Assembly (NCBI RefSeq): GCF_963921235.1
Contig: NC_086097.1
Location: 94,614,001 to 94,678,000, forward strand
DNA: 64,000 nucleotides
Origin: Mobula hypostoma
Lineage: Eukaryota
Direction of reading: 5' to 3'
Part shown: positions 33,600 to 47,119 of the stretch, one piece after another
Layout: every line of letters starts with the position of its first letter
How positions within the stretch are numbered: the first letter of the stretch is position 1
The notes under the pieces: generated by a model
Told to the model about the DNA's origin: nothing
What the model saw: only the letters and a program-made list of their open reading frames with translations
Databases searched by the model: none
Translations under genes and position numbers: made by a program

Positions 33600-35085
33600 A
33601 GCACCCTGAAGGGAGTGCAGAGAAGATCTCCAAGCATGCTGTCAGGACTGGAGGTCCTGGGTTATAGGAAGAGGTTATGCAGACTTGGACTTTATTAATT
33701 GGAGCACGGGAGATTGAAGGGTGACCTTATAGAGGTGTTTTGATAGGATGAATGCACACAGTTGTTAACCTGGGGTCAGGAAACTAAACACCAGACAGCA
33801 TGGGTTTCAGGTGAGAGGGGAAAGATTTAAAAAGGGCCCGAGGGGCAACCTCTTTGCCTCAAAGGTAGTGGGCACATGGAATGAGCTGCCTGAGGAAGTG
33901 GTCGAGGCAAGTACAATGACAAAATTCAGGAAAGTTGGATAGGAAAGGTTCAGGGGGATATGGGCCAATCGCAGGCAAATAGGAGTAGCTCAGTGGACAC
34001 GATGGTTGGCAGGCATGAGGAGGGCCTGTTTCTATGCTGAATTACTCCGTTAATCTATTTGGCAAGGGAGCAAAGTGTCCCATTACCAGGTCTACTGGTG
34101 TTGCTGAATAAAGTGGGATTGTGATTAAGGAGAAGGAGTTGATGAGGTTTCAAAGAGAGACGGGGTGGGCAAGCAGGAACATGGTGGAAAGAACATAGCA
34201 TGGGAGGAACATGAGGTTGTTCATTTCAGAGCTCATTGCACATGAGTAGGGTGTGTAGTGCTGATGTTCAAAGAGCTCTGGGTGTGCTTGTACACAAGTC
34301 ACTCAATGCCAATATATGGGCACAACAAGCAAGTAGAAAAGCAAACAGCAGCCTGAACTTTGTTATGAGATGATTTGAATACAAGAGTAAAGATATCTGG
34401 CTTTGATTGTATCAGGCCTTGGTAGGACTACCTCCTGGAGTTTTTATCTCCTTACCTAAGCAAAGGTGTGCAGGTAGTTCTGCAATTACAGATTTCCATA
34501 GCATGAAGTTGTTATAAAGTGATTGATGGATTAGGAACATTATTTACATTGCACAGGCTGTAATGCTGACAGCACAATTGCGATTGGGGAGACCTGTTTA
34601 AATCTGTGCTCTGAAGGCAGCTACAGCCTGTTCTGGTGCAACGTGGCTTCCTATAACGTGCACCTTCTTAGGAATGTGATTACCATGTTATGGCAGAGCT
34701 GCCTGTATTTATCATGAGGGAATGCAGTAAAGATTGGTTCCAGAGGCAGTGGGTGGTGGGGTGGAGTATTGAAGAATGAGAGGATATATCACTGTGGAGG
34801 GAAGGTGAGGAGATTAGGATTGGCGATGGTGGAGTAGTCACTTCAGACTGGGATGAGGAGAAATTCCATCACTCGGAGAGTATGAATAATTGGAATTTTA
34901 TGTGCTGTGCTACCACCATGGTCACTGAGTTCACCCAGAACGCAGAGTGATGGATTCCTGAGTGTGATGTGAAGGGAATTAATGGTGCAGGAAGGTGATG
35001 TTGGGCAGAAGATCTCAGCGAATGGAATGGTAGAATGGGCTGGAAGGGCCAGCTGGCAACTCCTGCTCCTGTTTCTTTGGTTTAT
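33600..35085 (+). mobile_element. Two adjacent old CR1 3' relics (about 33600-34060 and 34100-35085)
   Basis: Decayed EGVQRR...GDLIEV...WNELP sequence and CR1 3' UTR motifs. Confidence 0.7.
34471..34705. mobile_element. Old TcMar/Tigger-like MITE
   Basis: Imperfect TIRs CAGGTAGTTCTGCAATTAC / GTTATGGCAGAGCTGCCTG followed by TA; interrupts the CR1 relic. Confidence 0.55.
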
Positions 35086-35423
35086 ATTCCAATTCTCTTT
35101 GGAGGGCTTGAGTCAGTTCTGTTTGCAGACACTGACAATAGCGTGATAGAGCACTACAGCTCAGAAGCAGACCATTCAGCCCATTGAGTCTGTGCTAAAC
35201 TGTTACTCTGCCTATTATCATAGCTGCATTCTGAGCAACTTCTGACCTTGATTTTAAATCAGTGCCCCACCCATTCTGTGAAACAGTCTCTCTCTCTGTT
35301 TTCCTCATTCAATCCATTCCTGATCCTTTGGAACTACCCTTAGTCTGCTACGCAGCAAGGAGAACAGGCTCACTTTCTTCTCCATTCGAACCTTGAAGCA
35401 GGAGTCTCTTAACCCTATGTATA

Positions 35424-35723
35424 TAATAATAGGCATCCGTTAGTCTCATGAGACCATGGATTTTCACCTTGGAAGGTTTCCAGGGCGCAGGCCTGGGCAA
35501 GATTGTATGGAAGACCAGCAGTTGCCCATGCTGCAAGTCTCCCCTCTCCACGCCACCGATGTTGTCCAAGGGAAGGGCACTAGGACCCATGCAGCTTGGC
35601 ACCGGTGTTGTCGCAGAGCAATGTGTGGTTAAGTGTCTTGCTCAAGGACACAACACACTGCCTCAGCCAAGGCTCGAACTAACGACCTTCAGATCACTAG
35701 ACGAACGCCTTAACCACTTGGCC
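35424..35723 (-). mobile_element. tRNA-derived CORE-type SINE with RTE-like tail
   Basis: Minus strand: GGCCAAGTGGTTAAGG (A box), GTTCGAGCC (B box), GTGTCCTTGAGCAAGACACTTAACC (CORE-like), end GAGACTAACGGATGCCTA(TTA)n. Confidence 0.8.
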
Positions 35724-36320
35724 GTTAAACCTTTTTTTGCATCCTCCCTCAAAACCTACAACCTATTGCTGATTTGTACTTCACCCAGCTGACCCATCGT
35801 CTTCTTACAGTCTGTTCCCACCTCACATTTACCACACCTGCAAGCATTTTGACATTTGCAGTGTTAAACAGTTTTGCATGGAGCACCCACATCTGAACAA
35901 TAAATTTGTAGCAAAACAAAGCACTGACCCCTGGGAACATCGTTTCCCTACAGCCTTCAGACTGACAAACAACCTTCATGACTGTGAAATTCTCCATCCT
36001 ATCTTCAAATCTGTCAGTGGTTTTCGTTTTCCCACAAGCTATAACCTGCTTACGCCTGTATGTCTCCAAGACATCTGCCCTCCTCAGCTTCTCACTTCTG
36101 AAGGGTCTCTTGACAGAGAAGATGTTGAAAGGTTTCCACTTGTCAAGTTTGGAAAAAGAGTATGTGGCCACTAAAAAGGGGGTTGGTGTTCAGATTTCAG
36201 AGAACAGGGACTGTCTGGAATTCTCTGCTCTCAAGGATAGTGAGGGCCAGATCATCAGATGTATTTAAAATGGGGTAGACAAATATTTGATGTATTGAGG
36301 AACTGAGGGTTATGGGGTAC

Positions 36321-36556
36321 TGACACAGTAGTGAAGCTAGCAGAGCCACCGCCTCTGGGGAAGGTGTTATGTGTGACACGGTGGTGAAGCTAGCAGAGCC
36401 AGGGCTCTGGGGAAGGTGTTATGTGTGACACGGTGGTGAAGCTAGTAGAGCCACCGCCTCTGGGGAAGGTGTTATGTGTGACACAGTAGTGAAGCTAGCA
36501 GAGCCACCGCCTCTGGGGAAGGTGTTATGTGTGACACAGTAGTGAAGCTAGCAGAA
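36321..36556. repeat. About 53-bp tandem repeat, about 4.5 copies, including the head of the adjacent SINE
   Basis: Unit GTGACAC(A/G)GT(A/G)GTGAAGCTAGCAGAGCCACCGCCTCTGGGGAAGGTGTTATGT. Confidence 0.9.
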
Positions 36557-36820
36557 CCATGGCCTCTCATCTCCAGAGATCCAGGTTCAATCCTGATTGC
36601 AGGAGCTGTCTGTGTGGAGTTTGCACGTCCTCCCTCTGACCATGTGTGTTCTCTCCCACATTTAAAAGACTTGAAGATTGGTAGGTTAGTTTGTCGCTTT
36701 AAGTTGTCCCTCTGGAGTAGGTGAATGGCTGAGTTGATGGGAGTGTGAAGTTAGTGTATCTTGGTGCGGGCTCTGGCTAAAAAGCCTGAGTCCATGTTGT
36801 ATTTCTCAATGACTCCATGA
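36530..36820 (+). mobile_element. HE1/V-SINE-like SINE
   Basis: B box GGTTCAATCC (36584) and V-domain TGTCTGTGTGGAGTTTGCACGT. Related decayed copies lie near 10102-10300(-), 27570-27860(+), 39390-39600(-), 55940-56150(+) and 61030-61300(-). Confidence 0.8.
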
Positions 36821-37319
36821 CATTCTCAACTAATGGCGAGCATGTATAACAAGAGACAGGAAGTGACCTTCGCGCTGCCCTGCACTTGTGTTGGTCGGCT
36901 TATTGTGACAGATACTTTCCCCACACCTCCTTCTGCACTGATGCTAAGGCAAGTCTTAAACATCGTGTCAGATTCTGCACGGCACGACTTCAAGAGGCAT
37001 TAACACCCTGTTGTTGCTGTTCGGCTTGGCTACAGGGGATCTGGCTGGTTGCTCAACTCTGTCTGATTCACCTGATTCGTAACAACACAGAAAGATCACT
37101 CAGCACACTGCCTCACTTCCCCAGCCGGTCCAACAAAGCCTTGTGCTGAAGAACGTCAAAAACTAAACCCATTTGATCTGTCGCTCTCCCCTCCTCCTGA
37201 GCCAGTTGCTGAGGGTCTAGGGGGGTGTGTTTCTGTGCTGGTTCTGAGCTAGTTGGTGAGGAGAATGTGGGAGATACATACTCCGTCACGGGGGTGGGGA
37301 GGAGGTTCTGTCGATATTT

Positions 37320-37950
37320 CACAGAGTTATACAACACAGAAGCAGGTCCTTTGGCCAAACTCCTCCAAGCCAACTGAGAAGTTAAACTTCTCTAATCCTA
37401 CTTCCCTGCCTTTGGCCCATATCCCTCTAAACTAGGGGCTCCCAACCTTTTTTATGCCATGGACCTCTGCCATTAACCGAGGGGCCCATGGCCCCCAGGT
37501 TAGGAACCCCTACTCTAAACCGTTCCTACCTATGATCTGTAAAAATGGCTTTTAAATGTTGCAATTGTACCCCCTCTGCCATGTAAAAAAAACTGTGTAA
37601 AAAGCCCCCTTATAAATCTCTCTCCTCTCATTTTAAATGTATACCTTCTAGTTTTAGATTCCCCTGTCCTAAGATAAAGATAGCAGCTATCCCCCTTATC
37701 TATGTCCCCTCATGATTTTATAAACCTTTCTCAGCCTCTCCACCCCGTCTCCTTTGTTCCTAGCCTATCCCAGTCTCTCCTTAAAACCCAAGCCCTCCTG
37801 TGCTGTAACATCCTGGTAAATCTTTCCCACACCCTCTCGAGCGTAATCACATCCTTCCTGTAGTGCGGAGACCAGGATTGTGCAAAATGCTCCGTGTGGT
37901 TGAAATAATGATTTGCACAACTGCAATGTGAAGACCCACTGCCTGTACTG
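37320..37950 (-). mobile_element. Old CR1 3' fragment
   Basis: Decayed CR1 C-terminal coding sequence (ORF 37765-38019 region) and tail. Confidence 0.7.
37433..37512. mobile_element. 80-bp hAT MITE (same family as 23786-23868)
   Basis: TAGGGGCTCCCAACCT...AGGTTAGGAACCCCTA with perfect 8-bp TSD CTCTAAAC (37425-37432, 37513-37520). Confidence 0.9.
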
Positions 37951-40397
37951 AAAGCTACTGCTACTACTGCTGTGCGCCCCGACCATCATCTGAGCGGAGC
38001 CTCTGAGCACCCTACTCACGGGGACTTGAGGTGCTCAGAGGCAGTCGGCTGAAGATTCCCAAGAACTCTTTTTAAAGAGACTGCGAATGTGCTTGAAGCC
38101 CTCTCTCTACTGTCCAAGGATCTCTTTCCATGAACAAGATGGGAGTGCTTTGTTGATCAAAGTTTATATTTCCTTCTGATGTAGGAGGCAGTTCAGCCTG
38201 TCAAGTCTATGCTGGCCCCCAAATTTATCCCATTTTGCCACACTCTTCCCACCAACCTGTTCTGTCTCATATGCCCACTAACTTCTTCCCATTTCCCACC
38301 ATTCCCCCAAACCTGTGGATCAAATTCTCTTCTCTCAGCCATTCGAGATCTGCACCAGTGCATTGGGAAATATTATCATTTAGATCTGCCTTCGTTGAGA
38401 TGTGGGAGGTGTCTGGCATGTGGGTGGGAGGGGGGGAATTAAGGCTTAGAGTGACATTTGCATTGAGTCAAAGTCAAAGCTGAGTTTATTGTCATATGCA
38501 CAAGCTACCTGTAGGCACAGGTGCAATTAGCAGCATCATATAAACAGCATTCACAAGAAAACATACATTGTACACATTTTTTACTGGAAAAAACATAATT
38601 AGATAAAGAGAAAAAAAGCCCATCTCAGTACAAAGTGATTTTAGTTTTGCTGGTTGGTTGTAGTACCAAGTAGTTGAAGGGAAGTAGCTGGTATTGAATA
38701 TAGTGGCGTGGGAGTTCAGACTTCTGATCCTCCTGCAAAAAGACGGCGATGGTGAGATTTGATGTTGGATGTTGCCCTTGTCTTGAGCCGGCAGGCCCCT
38801 ATGGCTTGCTGTAGACTGTTGGGCTTCTGGGTTTCTCAAGTACCTACACTTACTAATTGTTGTCTTAGTGAGAGTCGTGAAGCCCTTTGCTTTCTGATTA
38901 ATCTGGTCAGTCAATTGTGACTGGCACGGGTTTGCTGCATTCTACGATTATTTAAAGAGGACTCTTGTTTAGTGCCTTAACGGAGTCATTGTGTCGGAGA
39001 GAATGAATCGTCTTGCAGTGTCACTCAGTTGTCCCTCCGAGGCTCTGTTGGTATTCCTATGTCTAACCTCTTGTTTCTGTGCCTCCCTCCGCTCCTGGGT
39101 TCGAGTCGTTGTCAGCGCTTTCTGCAACTGAGGCAGCCTTCTGCCAAACGTGGCCTGAGGTTGTTCCAGCAACTGCTGAGAGAGAGAGCCTGGTGCTGCT
39201 CTGCACCCGGGCCCAGTCCACGAGCGCACACCGTGACAGCCTTCCTGAGGCCCTGCCACGCGTGGATACCACTGATGGTGAAAAGTAATGGCCACTATTC
39301 TCTGCACACTCGATTTGCCCTACCAGGCCGTCAGGCAACCAGTCGGGGCGCTTTGAACCGTACCTGTGTGAAAGGTATAGCGTTATAGTCATTGGGAGAT
39401 ACAGCTTGGAAACAGGTCCTTCGGCCCATCAAATCTGTGCTGACCATTAACCACTCACTTACACCAATCCTACACTAATCCAACTTCTTATCCCTCCCAC
39501 ATTCTCTTCAACTCCCCAAGATTCAATCACTCAGGAAAAGTTATAGTGACCAGTTAACCCACCAATATACTCATTTTGGGGACGTAGAAGGAAACTGGAG
39601 CATCCGCCTCGGGGGGGTGGGGTGGGATTTCAACTTCCCCAGTATTGCCTGGGATTGCTTTAGTGCAAGAACATTACCTAGGGAGCAATTGATGAAACAC
39701 ATTCAAGAGGGTTTTCTAAAGCATTTCGTAGAGTGCAACTGGGAAGTCCCACTTTACATGACTTTGTCTGAGGGATTGAAGAAGGGCAAGTGATCAAAGT
39801 GTCTGTGTTGGAACCCACTGACCATAGTCCAGCAAGCTTCAGGCAAAATGCTAAAGTTGGTCCTCGTGATAGGGGGAAGGGAGATTTTCATAGTGTAAGA
39901 CAGGAACTGGGAGAGGTAATTTGGGAGAAACTGTTGGAGGGGAACAACAGCTGGTAAGTGGAAGTAATTTAAAAGTAGGACACAAAGAGTTCAGAATCAA
40001 CATGTTCCTTATAAGGATAAAAGACAAAGATGGTTAATAGCAGTTGTAAGGTTTGATAAGGGAAAAGATAGAAGTGTACTATAATAGTTTTATCGTATTC
40101 TACAGGACTTTCTCATTGGCTACGTCATCCAGAGATTGTGAACATGGATTATGGATTATGGATTCACATTTTTTTGCTAGGTTTTACCTAACTATGGAGA
40201 ACGCACAGAGATGGGAAATTATTGAGTCATTTCATTCATTGACCTAGAAAGGTGGCTTACACACTGTGCTGCTCTCTGTCTGGGTCCCCAGTACTCCATT
40301 CCAAGCCTTCTCATTGCCCAAGCTTATCTTTCATCAAAACTATGATCAAATCTTAGAGCTGTATCACTCTGTCCAAATCCTGACTTAATTCTAGAGC

Positions 40398-40729
40398 CAT
40401 AGAGAGGTACAGAATGGAAACAGGTCTTCGGCCCACCATCCATGCTGACCATTGACCACCCAATTACACTAATCCTACTTAAATCAGTTTCTACCGCAGT
40501 TTGTCCCGATCCACCGGTTTTTACCACTCACTGGACTCGAGGGGTAATTTACTGCAGCTTAACCTGCCTACCCCCACAGTTTGGGGATATGGGAGGAAAC
40601 CGGGGTATCAGGGGAAACACGCGCGGTCACAGAGAGACAGTGCAAACTCCACATGAACAGCGCCCGAGGTCAGGTTTGAACCCGGGTCTTTGGCACTGTG
40701 CTCTACCAGCGGTGCCCCTCTGCTGCCCC
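40398..40729 (-). mobile_element. HE1/V-SINE-like SINE
   Basis: Minus strand GACCCGGGTTCAAACC (B box), TGTGGAGTTTGCAC (V domain), CR1-like tail. Confidence 0.8.
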
Positions 40730-42159
40730 AGCGTCAGAATCACCCACTTATGTTGTGAAATGGAGCATCACATTCAGCACTTTCAGACAGACAATGCCTT
40801 TTACAAGTTAAGCTTTGTTAACTCTATACTCCTCTTGCAGAGTTTCAGTATTCCCCGCTGACTTACAGCTTCTGTTATTGATAATTAAGAAAAAACAGCT
40901 GTAGATGCTGGAAATCTGAGAAAAAAATACTTAGCAAGTTAGGCAGCATCTATAGAGATGTATCACACTAATAATCCTTCTACTTTTTGTTATTGTACCT
41001 TGTCTTTACAGTCCAATTAAGTTATTCCTTCTCTACTGATCACAGATTATCTCCTCTCTTCTCATTTTTCCTCCAGTTTGTTTGATTTCTGACATTTCCC
41101 AGTTTTGAGCAAGCATCATTGACCTGAAATATTCCCTTTGTTTCTCTCTCCACAGATTCTGCCTGGCACGCTGAGTGTTTCCAGCAATCCCTGTGCTTTA
41201 TTCTCGTTTTACACATACCTGTGGTTCTCGGGTCGGTCTCCCCGTGGACCCACATTCCAGGCTGGGCTGCAGACAATGGGTGGACAGTGAGGAATGAAAA
41301 CGGGGAATTCATTTGCTCCACTCTGCTGACTCAGCTGTCCAATGTTCTTTGCATGCTATGACCAGACTCTGCCAGCAGTGGGTGCTGCTGTACAAGGCTG
41401 GGTCGCTGCAGCCACCGGCACAGGGGATGTTGCTCACAGCACTTCCTCGAGGCTGCCAGTTCAACTTCATTCATTCTCCCGCACATATGCCTTTACATTG
41501 ATCTGCGATGCCTCCCAGACACAAGCAAAGTTACCCACAGACCATTCTCTGCAGCCACAGGCAGCTTTACTGGGCCCTGAACAACTTGCTCTGTGCTCCC
41601 AGGTAGAAAAGCTCTGTAGGAGAGCTTTAAAGTGCTTCTCTGCTGCAGGCCCAACATCCAGTGTACTGACTCCAGTGGTGTAATTCCCCAGTGTACTGGC
41701 TCCAGTACAGTAATACTGAGGGATAGGATTTGCTCACATTTGGAAAAACATAGGCTAAATAGGGACAGTCAGCATGGCTTTGTGTTGGGCGGGTCAGAGT
41801 TGACAAACTTTGGAGTTTTTCAGGAAGTGACCAAGGTGACTGATGAGACTAAGGTAGTTGATGTTATCTACATTAACTTTAGTAAGGTTCAAAGTCTCTC
41901 GTGGTATGTTGATCAGGAAGATTAAGGTGCACGGGATCCTTGGTAAATTGGTTTGCTCATTGGAAACCGAGAGTACAGCCTAATCAATGTTTTATAGAAA
42001 TGCACCATGACGTCCTGTTATACTTTGTGCCCCTAGAGATGAGGGCAACATGCCAGGCGCCTTCTTTACGTCTCCAGCTACTCGTGTTGCCACGTTCAGG
42101 GAGCTACTAACCTAGACCCACACACTCCCTGTACCTCAGTGCTGTTAAGGGTCCTACCG

Positions 42160-45100
42160 TTAGAATCAGGATCAGAATCGGGTTTATGATCACTGACTTG
42201 TGTTGTGACATTTTTTGTTTTGCAGCAGTAGTAATATATATTTCGATACGTGACAATGAAAGTATAAAAGAATCAGTAAGGTTGTTCAAAAAGAAAGCAA
42301 AGTAGTGAGATAATTTTCATGGATTCCTCGTTCGTTCAGAAGGGGAGGGGAAGCAATGCTCCTAAAATGTTGAGTGTGTGCCTTCAGGCTCCCGTGCCTC
42401 CTCTCTGGTGGTGGCAATGAGAAGAAGGGACGCCCTCGGTGCTGAGAGGCCCTAATGATGGATGCTGGCTTCCTGAGCCAGCCGCTGCTTTTTGAACATA
42501 TCCGCAATGGTGGGGAGGTTAGTACCCATCTTGAAGCTGGCTGAGTTTACAAATATTTGCAGCTTTCTCTAATCCTGTGCTTTGGAGCCTCCATATCAGA
42601 CGGTGATGCAACCAGTTAGGATGCTGATCATGATACATCTGTAGAAATTCGCTGGAGTCTTTGGTGACATACCAGATATCCTCAAACTCCTAATGAAATA
42701 TGGCTGCTGGAGTAACTTCTTCATAATGCATCAATATGTTAGGCCCAGGATAGATCTTCAAAGATATTCATACCTAGGAACTTGAAACTGCTCACCCTTT
42801 CCAGTGCTGTCCACTCAACGAGGACTGGTGTGTGTTCTCTTAATTTCCCCTTCCTGAGGTCCAAAATCAATTCCTTGGTCTTATTCATGTTGATTCCAAG
42901 GTTGTTGTTGTGACACCACTGAATCAGCCAATCAGCCTATTTCACTCATCACCGTCTGAGATTTTGCCTATAATAGTTATAAGACCATAAAACCATAAGA
43001 TATAGGAGCAGAAGTAGGCCATTTGGCCATCGAGTCGGATCCGTTATCCAATGCTTCCAGTCATCTCCACTTCCCTGCCTTCACCCCATACCCTTTGATG
43101 CCCTGGCTAATCAAGAACCTATCTATCTCTGCTTAAATGCACCCAATGACTTGGCCTCCACAGCCGCTCGTGGCAACAAATTCCACAGATTTACCACCCT
43201 CTGACTAAAGTAATTTCTCTGCATCTCTGTTCTCAATGGATGTCCCTCAATCCTGAAGTCATGCTCTCTTGTCCTAGTCTCCCTTACCATGGGAAATAAC
43301 TTTGCCATATCTAATCTGTTCAGGCCTTTAAACATTCGGAATGTTTCTATGAGATCCCCCTTCATTCTCCTGAACTCCAGGGAATACAACCCAAGAGCTG
43401 TCAGACGTTCCTCATACATTCCTGGAATTATTCTCGTGAATCTTCTCTGAACCCTCTCCAGTGTCAGTATATCCTTTCTAAAATGAGGAGCCTAAAACTG
43501 CACACAATACTCCAAGTGTGGCCTCACAAGTGCCTTATAGAGCCTGAACATCACATCTCTGCTCTTATATTCTATACCTCTAGAAATGAATGCCAACATT
43601 GCATGTGCCTTCTTCACCACCACTCAACCTGGAGGTTAACCTTTAGGGTATCTTGCACAAGGACTCCCAAGTCCCTTTGCAATCTCTGCATTTTGAATTC
43701 TCTTCCCATCTAAATAATAGTCTGCCCATTTATTTCTTCCACCAAAGTGCATGGCCATACACTTTCAAACATTGTATTTCATTTGCCACTTCTTTGCCCG
43801 TTCCCCTAAACTATCCAAGTTTCTCTACAGGTGCTCTGTTTCCTCAACACTATCTGCTCCTCCACCTATCTTTGTATCATCGGCAAATTTAGCCACAAAT
43901 CCATTAATCCCATAGTCCAAATCATTGACGTACATCATAAAAAGCAGCGGTCCCACCACCGATCCCTGTGGAACTCCACTGGTAACTGGCAGCCAGCCAG
44001 AATAGGATCCCTTTATTCCCACTCTCTATCTTCTGCCGATCAGTCAATGCTCCACCCATGCTAGTAACTCCACTGTAATTCCATGGGCTGTTATCTTGCT
44101 AAGCACCCTCATGTGTGGCACTTTGTCAAAGGCCTTCTGAAAATCCAAGTACACCACATCTACTGCATCTTCTTTGTCTACCCTGCTTGTAATTTCCTCA
44201 AAAAATTGCAGTGGTTAGTCAGGCCGAATTTTCCTTTCAGGAAACCTTGCTGGCTTTGGCCTATCTTGTCACGTGCCTCCAGGTATTTCGTAATATTATC
44301 CCTAACAATCAATTCCAACAACTTCTCAACCACTGATGTCAGGCTAACAGGTCTATAGTTTCCTTTCTGCTACCTCCCACCTTTCTTAAATAGCGGAGTA
44401 ACATTTGCAATTTTCCAGTCATCCGGTACAATGCCAGAATCTATCGATTCTTGAAAGATCATTGTTCATGCCTCCACAATTTATCCAGCTACTTCCTTCA
44501 GAACACGACGGTGCATTTGATCAGGTCCAGGAGATTTATCCATCTTCAGACCATTAAGTTTCCTGAGCACCTTCTCAGTCGTAATTTTCACTGCACATAC
44601 TTCACTTCTCTGACACTCTTGAATGTCCAGTATACTGCAGACGTCTTCCACTATAAGGACTGATGCAAAATACGCATTCAGTTCCTCTGCCATCTCTGCA
44701 TCTCTTATTACAATATCTCCAGCGTCGTTTTCTATTGGTCCTATATCTACCCCCAATTCTCTTCTACCCTTTATATACTTAAAAAAGCTTTTAGTATCTT
44801 CTTTGATATTAATTGCCAGCTTCCTCTCATAATTCACCTTTTCCTTCCTAATGACCTTCTTAGTTTCCTTCTGCAAGTTTTTAAAAACTTCCCAATCCTC
44901 TATCTTCCCACTATCTTTGGCTTCCTTGTATGCCCTCTCTACTTCACTTGTCAACCATGGTAGTATCCTTCTTCCATTCAAAAATTTCTTCTTATTTGGA
45001 ATATATCTGTCTTGCACTTCCCTCATTTTTCGCAGAAATTCCAGCCATTGCTGATCTGCTGTCCTTCCTGCTAGTATCCCTTTCCAGTCAACCTTGGCCA

Positions 45101-46489
45101 GTTCCCTTCTTATGCCATTGTAATTTCCTTTATTCCACTGAAAAACTGACACATTGGAATTTAGTTTCTCCTTCTCAAATTTCAAAGTGAACTGGATCAT
45201 ATTATGATCACTGTTTCCTCAGGGTTCCTTAACCTTAAGCTCTCTTATCACCTCCAGACCATTGCACAATACCCAATCCAGCACAGCCAATCCCCGAGTG
45301 GGCTCAACAACAAGCTGTTCTAAAAAGCCATCCCTTAGACATTCTACAAATTCTCTCTCTTGAGGTCCTGTTTTTCCCAATCCACTTTCATGTTAAAATC
45401 CTCAACAATTATCATGACATTGCCCTTCTGACATGCCTTTTCTATCTCCTGCTGTAATTTGTAATCCACATCCTGGCTGCTGTTTGGAGGCCTGTATACA
45501 ACTGCCATTATGGTCCTTTTACCCTTGCCATTTCTAACTCAACCCATAGAGACTCTACACTTACTGATCCTATGTCATCCCTTTCTAATGATTTAATGTT
45601 ATTTCTTATAGACAGGGCCACACCACCCCCTCTGCCTACTAACCTATCCTTCTGATACACAATATATCCTTGGACGTTCAGCTCCCAATGGCAGCCATCC
45701 TTTAGCCAAGTTTCAGAGACGGCCACAATGTCATACTTGCCAATCTGTAGCTGAATTTCAAGGTCATCCATTTTATTCCTTATGCTGTGTGCATTCAAAT
45801 ACAACACTTTCAGTCCAGTATTTGTTGCTTTCTGTTTTAACTGCACCATGCCTCTATTGCCCTGTAACTCATCCCACTGGCTATGATTATGCCTCATCTC
45901 TTGCCTGTCCTTTCTATCATCTCTGTGGCATGCTATCTTCTATTTATTTCTGTTTTCCCCTTCCTCAGCCCTATCAATCCAGTTCCCATCCCCCTACCAA
46001 ATTAATTTAAACCCTCCCTAACAGCTTTATTAAACCTGCCTGCTAGGTATTCGTCAGATTTATAGATGGTGCTTGAGCTGTGCCTAGCCTCACAGTCATG
46101 GGTGTAGAGAGAGGGGAGCAATGGGTTAAGCAAGCATCATTGAAGATTGTCAGTGAGGAGAAGTTGTTATTTCCAATCTGAACTGAGAGTGGTCTCCCAA
46201 CGATGAAGTCAAGGATCTAGTTGCACAGGGAGGTACGGAGCCCCAGGTATTGAAGCTCATTGATTCGTACTGAGGAGATAATGGTATTGAACACCAAGCT
46301 GTAATCAATAAACAGCGACCTGACATAGGTACTCCTGATGTCCAGATAGTCCAGGGTCGAATGGAGAGCCAGTGAGATTGCATCTACTGTAGAATTATTG
46401 TGGCAGAAGCTCAGATCCTCACTTAGGCAGGTATTATTTCTAGGCATGACCAACCTCTCAAAGCATTTCATAATAGCAGATGTGTACAT
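42160..46489 (-). mobile_element. Rex1/Babar LINE relic (42160-42981 and 46053-46489) split by CR1
   Basis: ORF 46217-46489 TSAIMKCFERLV...STVDAISLALH...YVRSLFIDYS..FNTI is Rex1-type RT; (TTCTGA)n tail near 42160-42180. Confidence 0.85.
42982..46052 (-). mobile_element. CR1 LINE, ORF2 region with several frameshifts and deletions
   Basis: LYLNAHSIRNK/VAVSETWL (APE), KSPGPD, GVPQGSV, KFADDTK, LYSLEFRR; (TCTTATGG)n tail at about 42982-43000. Confidence 0.93.
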
Positions 46490-47119
46490 TAAGGAGGAGG
46501 AGGAGAAGATGCAGAGCGCACAGCCACTCCGAATGATATCTGTTATTTGTTAAGAAGGGGACCGTGCACAATTCTGATTTGATGAAGACAGACGTGAGAG
46601 TATGGAGGAACATCTGGAGAAACTTCTGAAATGCCCGCTTCGCTGCCGCTGCTACTGTGTGGTAACCGGAATCTCCGGAGCAGAAGGCCCCGAATCCTCG
46701 GCTTTGCTTGTTTCGGCGGCCAGGTGAGGTCGAAGGCGCTCAGCAGAGGATGGCGCTCGGGAGGCTGTATCGGAGGGGCTGGTCGGAGGCTCGAAGTTTT
46801 CGGACGGATTCAGTGTCGGATGGAGGTTTATGGCAGGGAGAGTTTCTCCCTTTTACCGCCTACTATCGGGAGTCGATCGGGACTTGAGACTTTTTTTTTA
46901 ACCGTGCCCATGGTCTGCTCTTTATCAAATTACGGTATTGCTTTGCACTGCTGTGACTATATGTTATAATTATGTGGTCTTGTCAGTATTAGTCTTTGGT
47001 TTGTCCCTTTTTTTGTGATATCACTCTGGAGGAACATTGTATCATTTCTTAATACATGCATGCATTTCTAAATAACAATAAACGAGGACTGAGTGTCCTC
47101 ATAATCTAATCTAATCTAA
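46490..47119 (+). mobile_element. About 630-bp non-coding non-autonomous retroelement with CpG-rich body and Rex1-type tail
   Basis: CpG-rich interior, AATAAA then (ATCTA)n terminus like the tail at about 7845-7870; no RT ORF. Family assignment is inferred. Confidence 0.6.

Noticed and set aside
35872..36174. Plus-strand exon ending ...DREDVERFPLVKFGKR|GTATGT
   Set aside because: The 3' part (from about 36100) is a decayed CR1 C-terminus, so the donor lies in a repeat; the upstream part has no recognisable homology.
38969..41683. Exon-like segments at about 39115-39280 and 41365-41602
   Set aside because: Weak splice sites, several open frames and no recognisable protein family; not supportable without RNA data.
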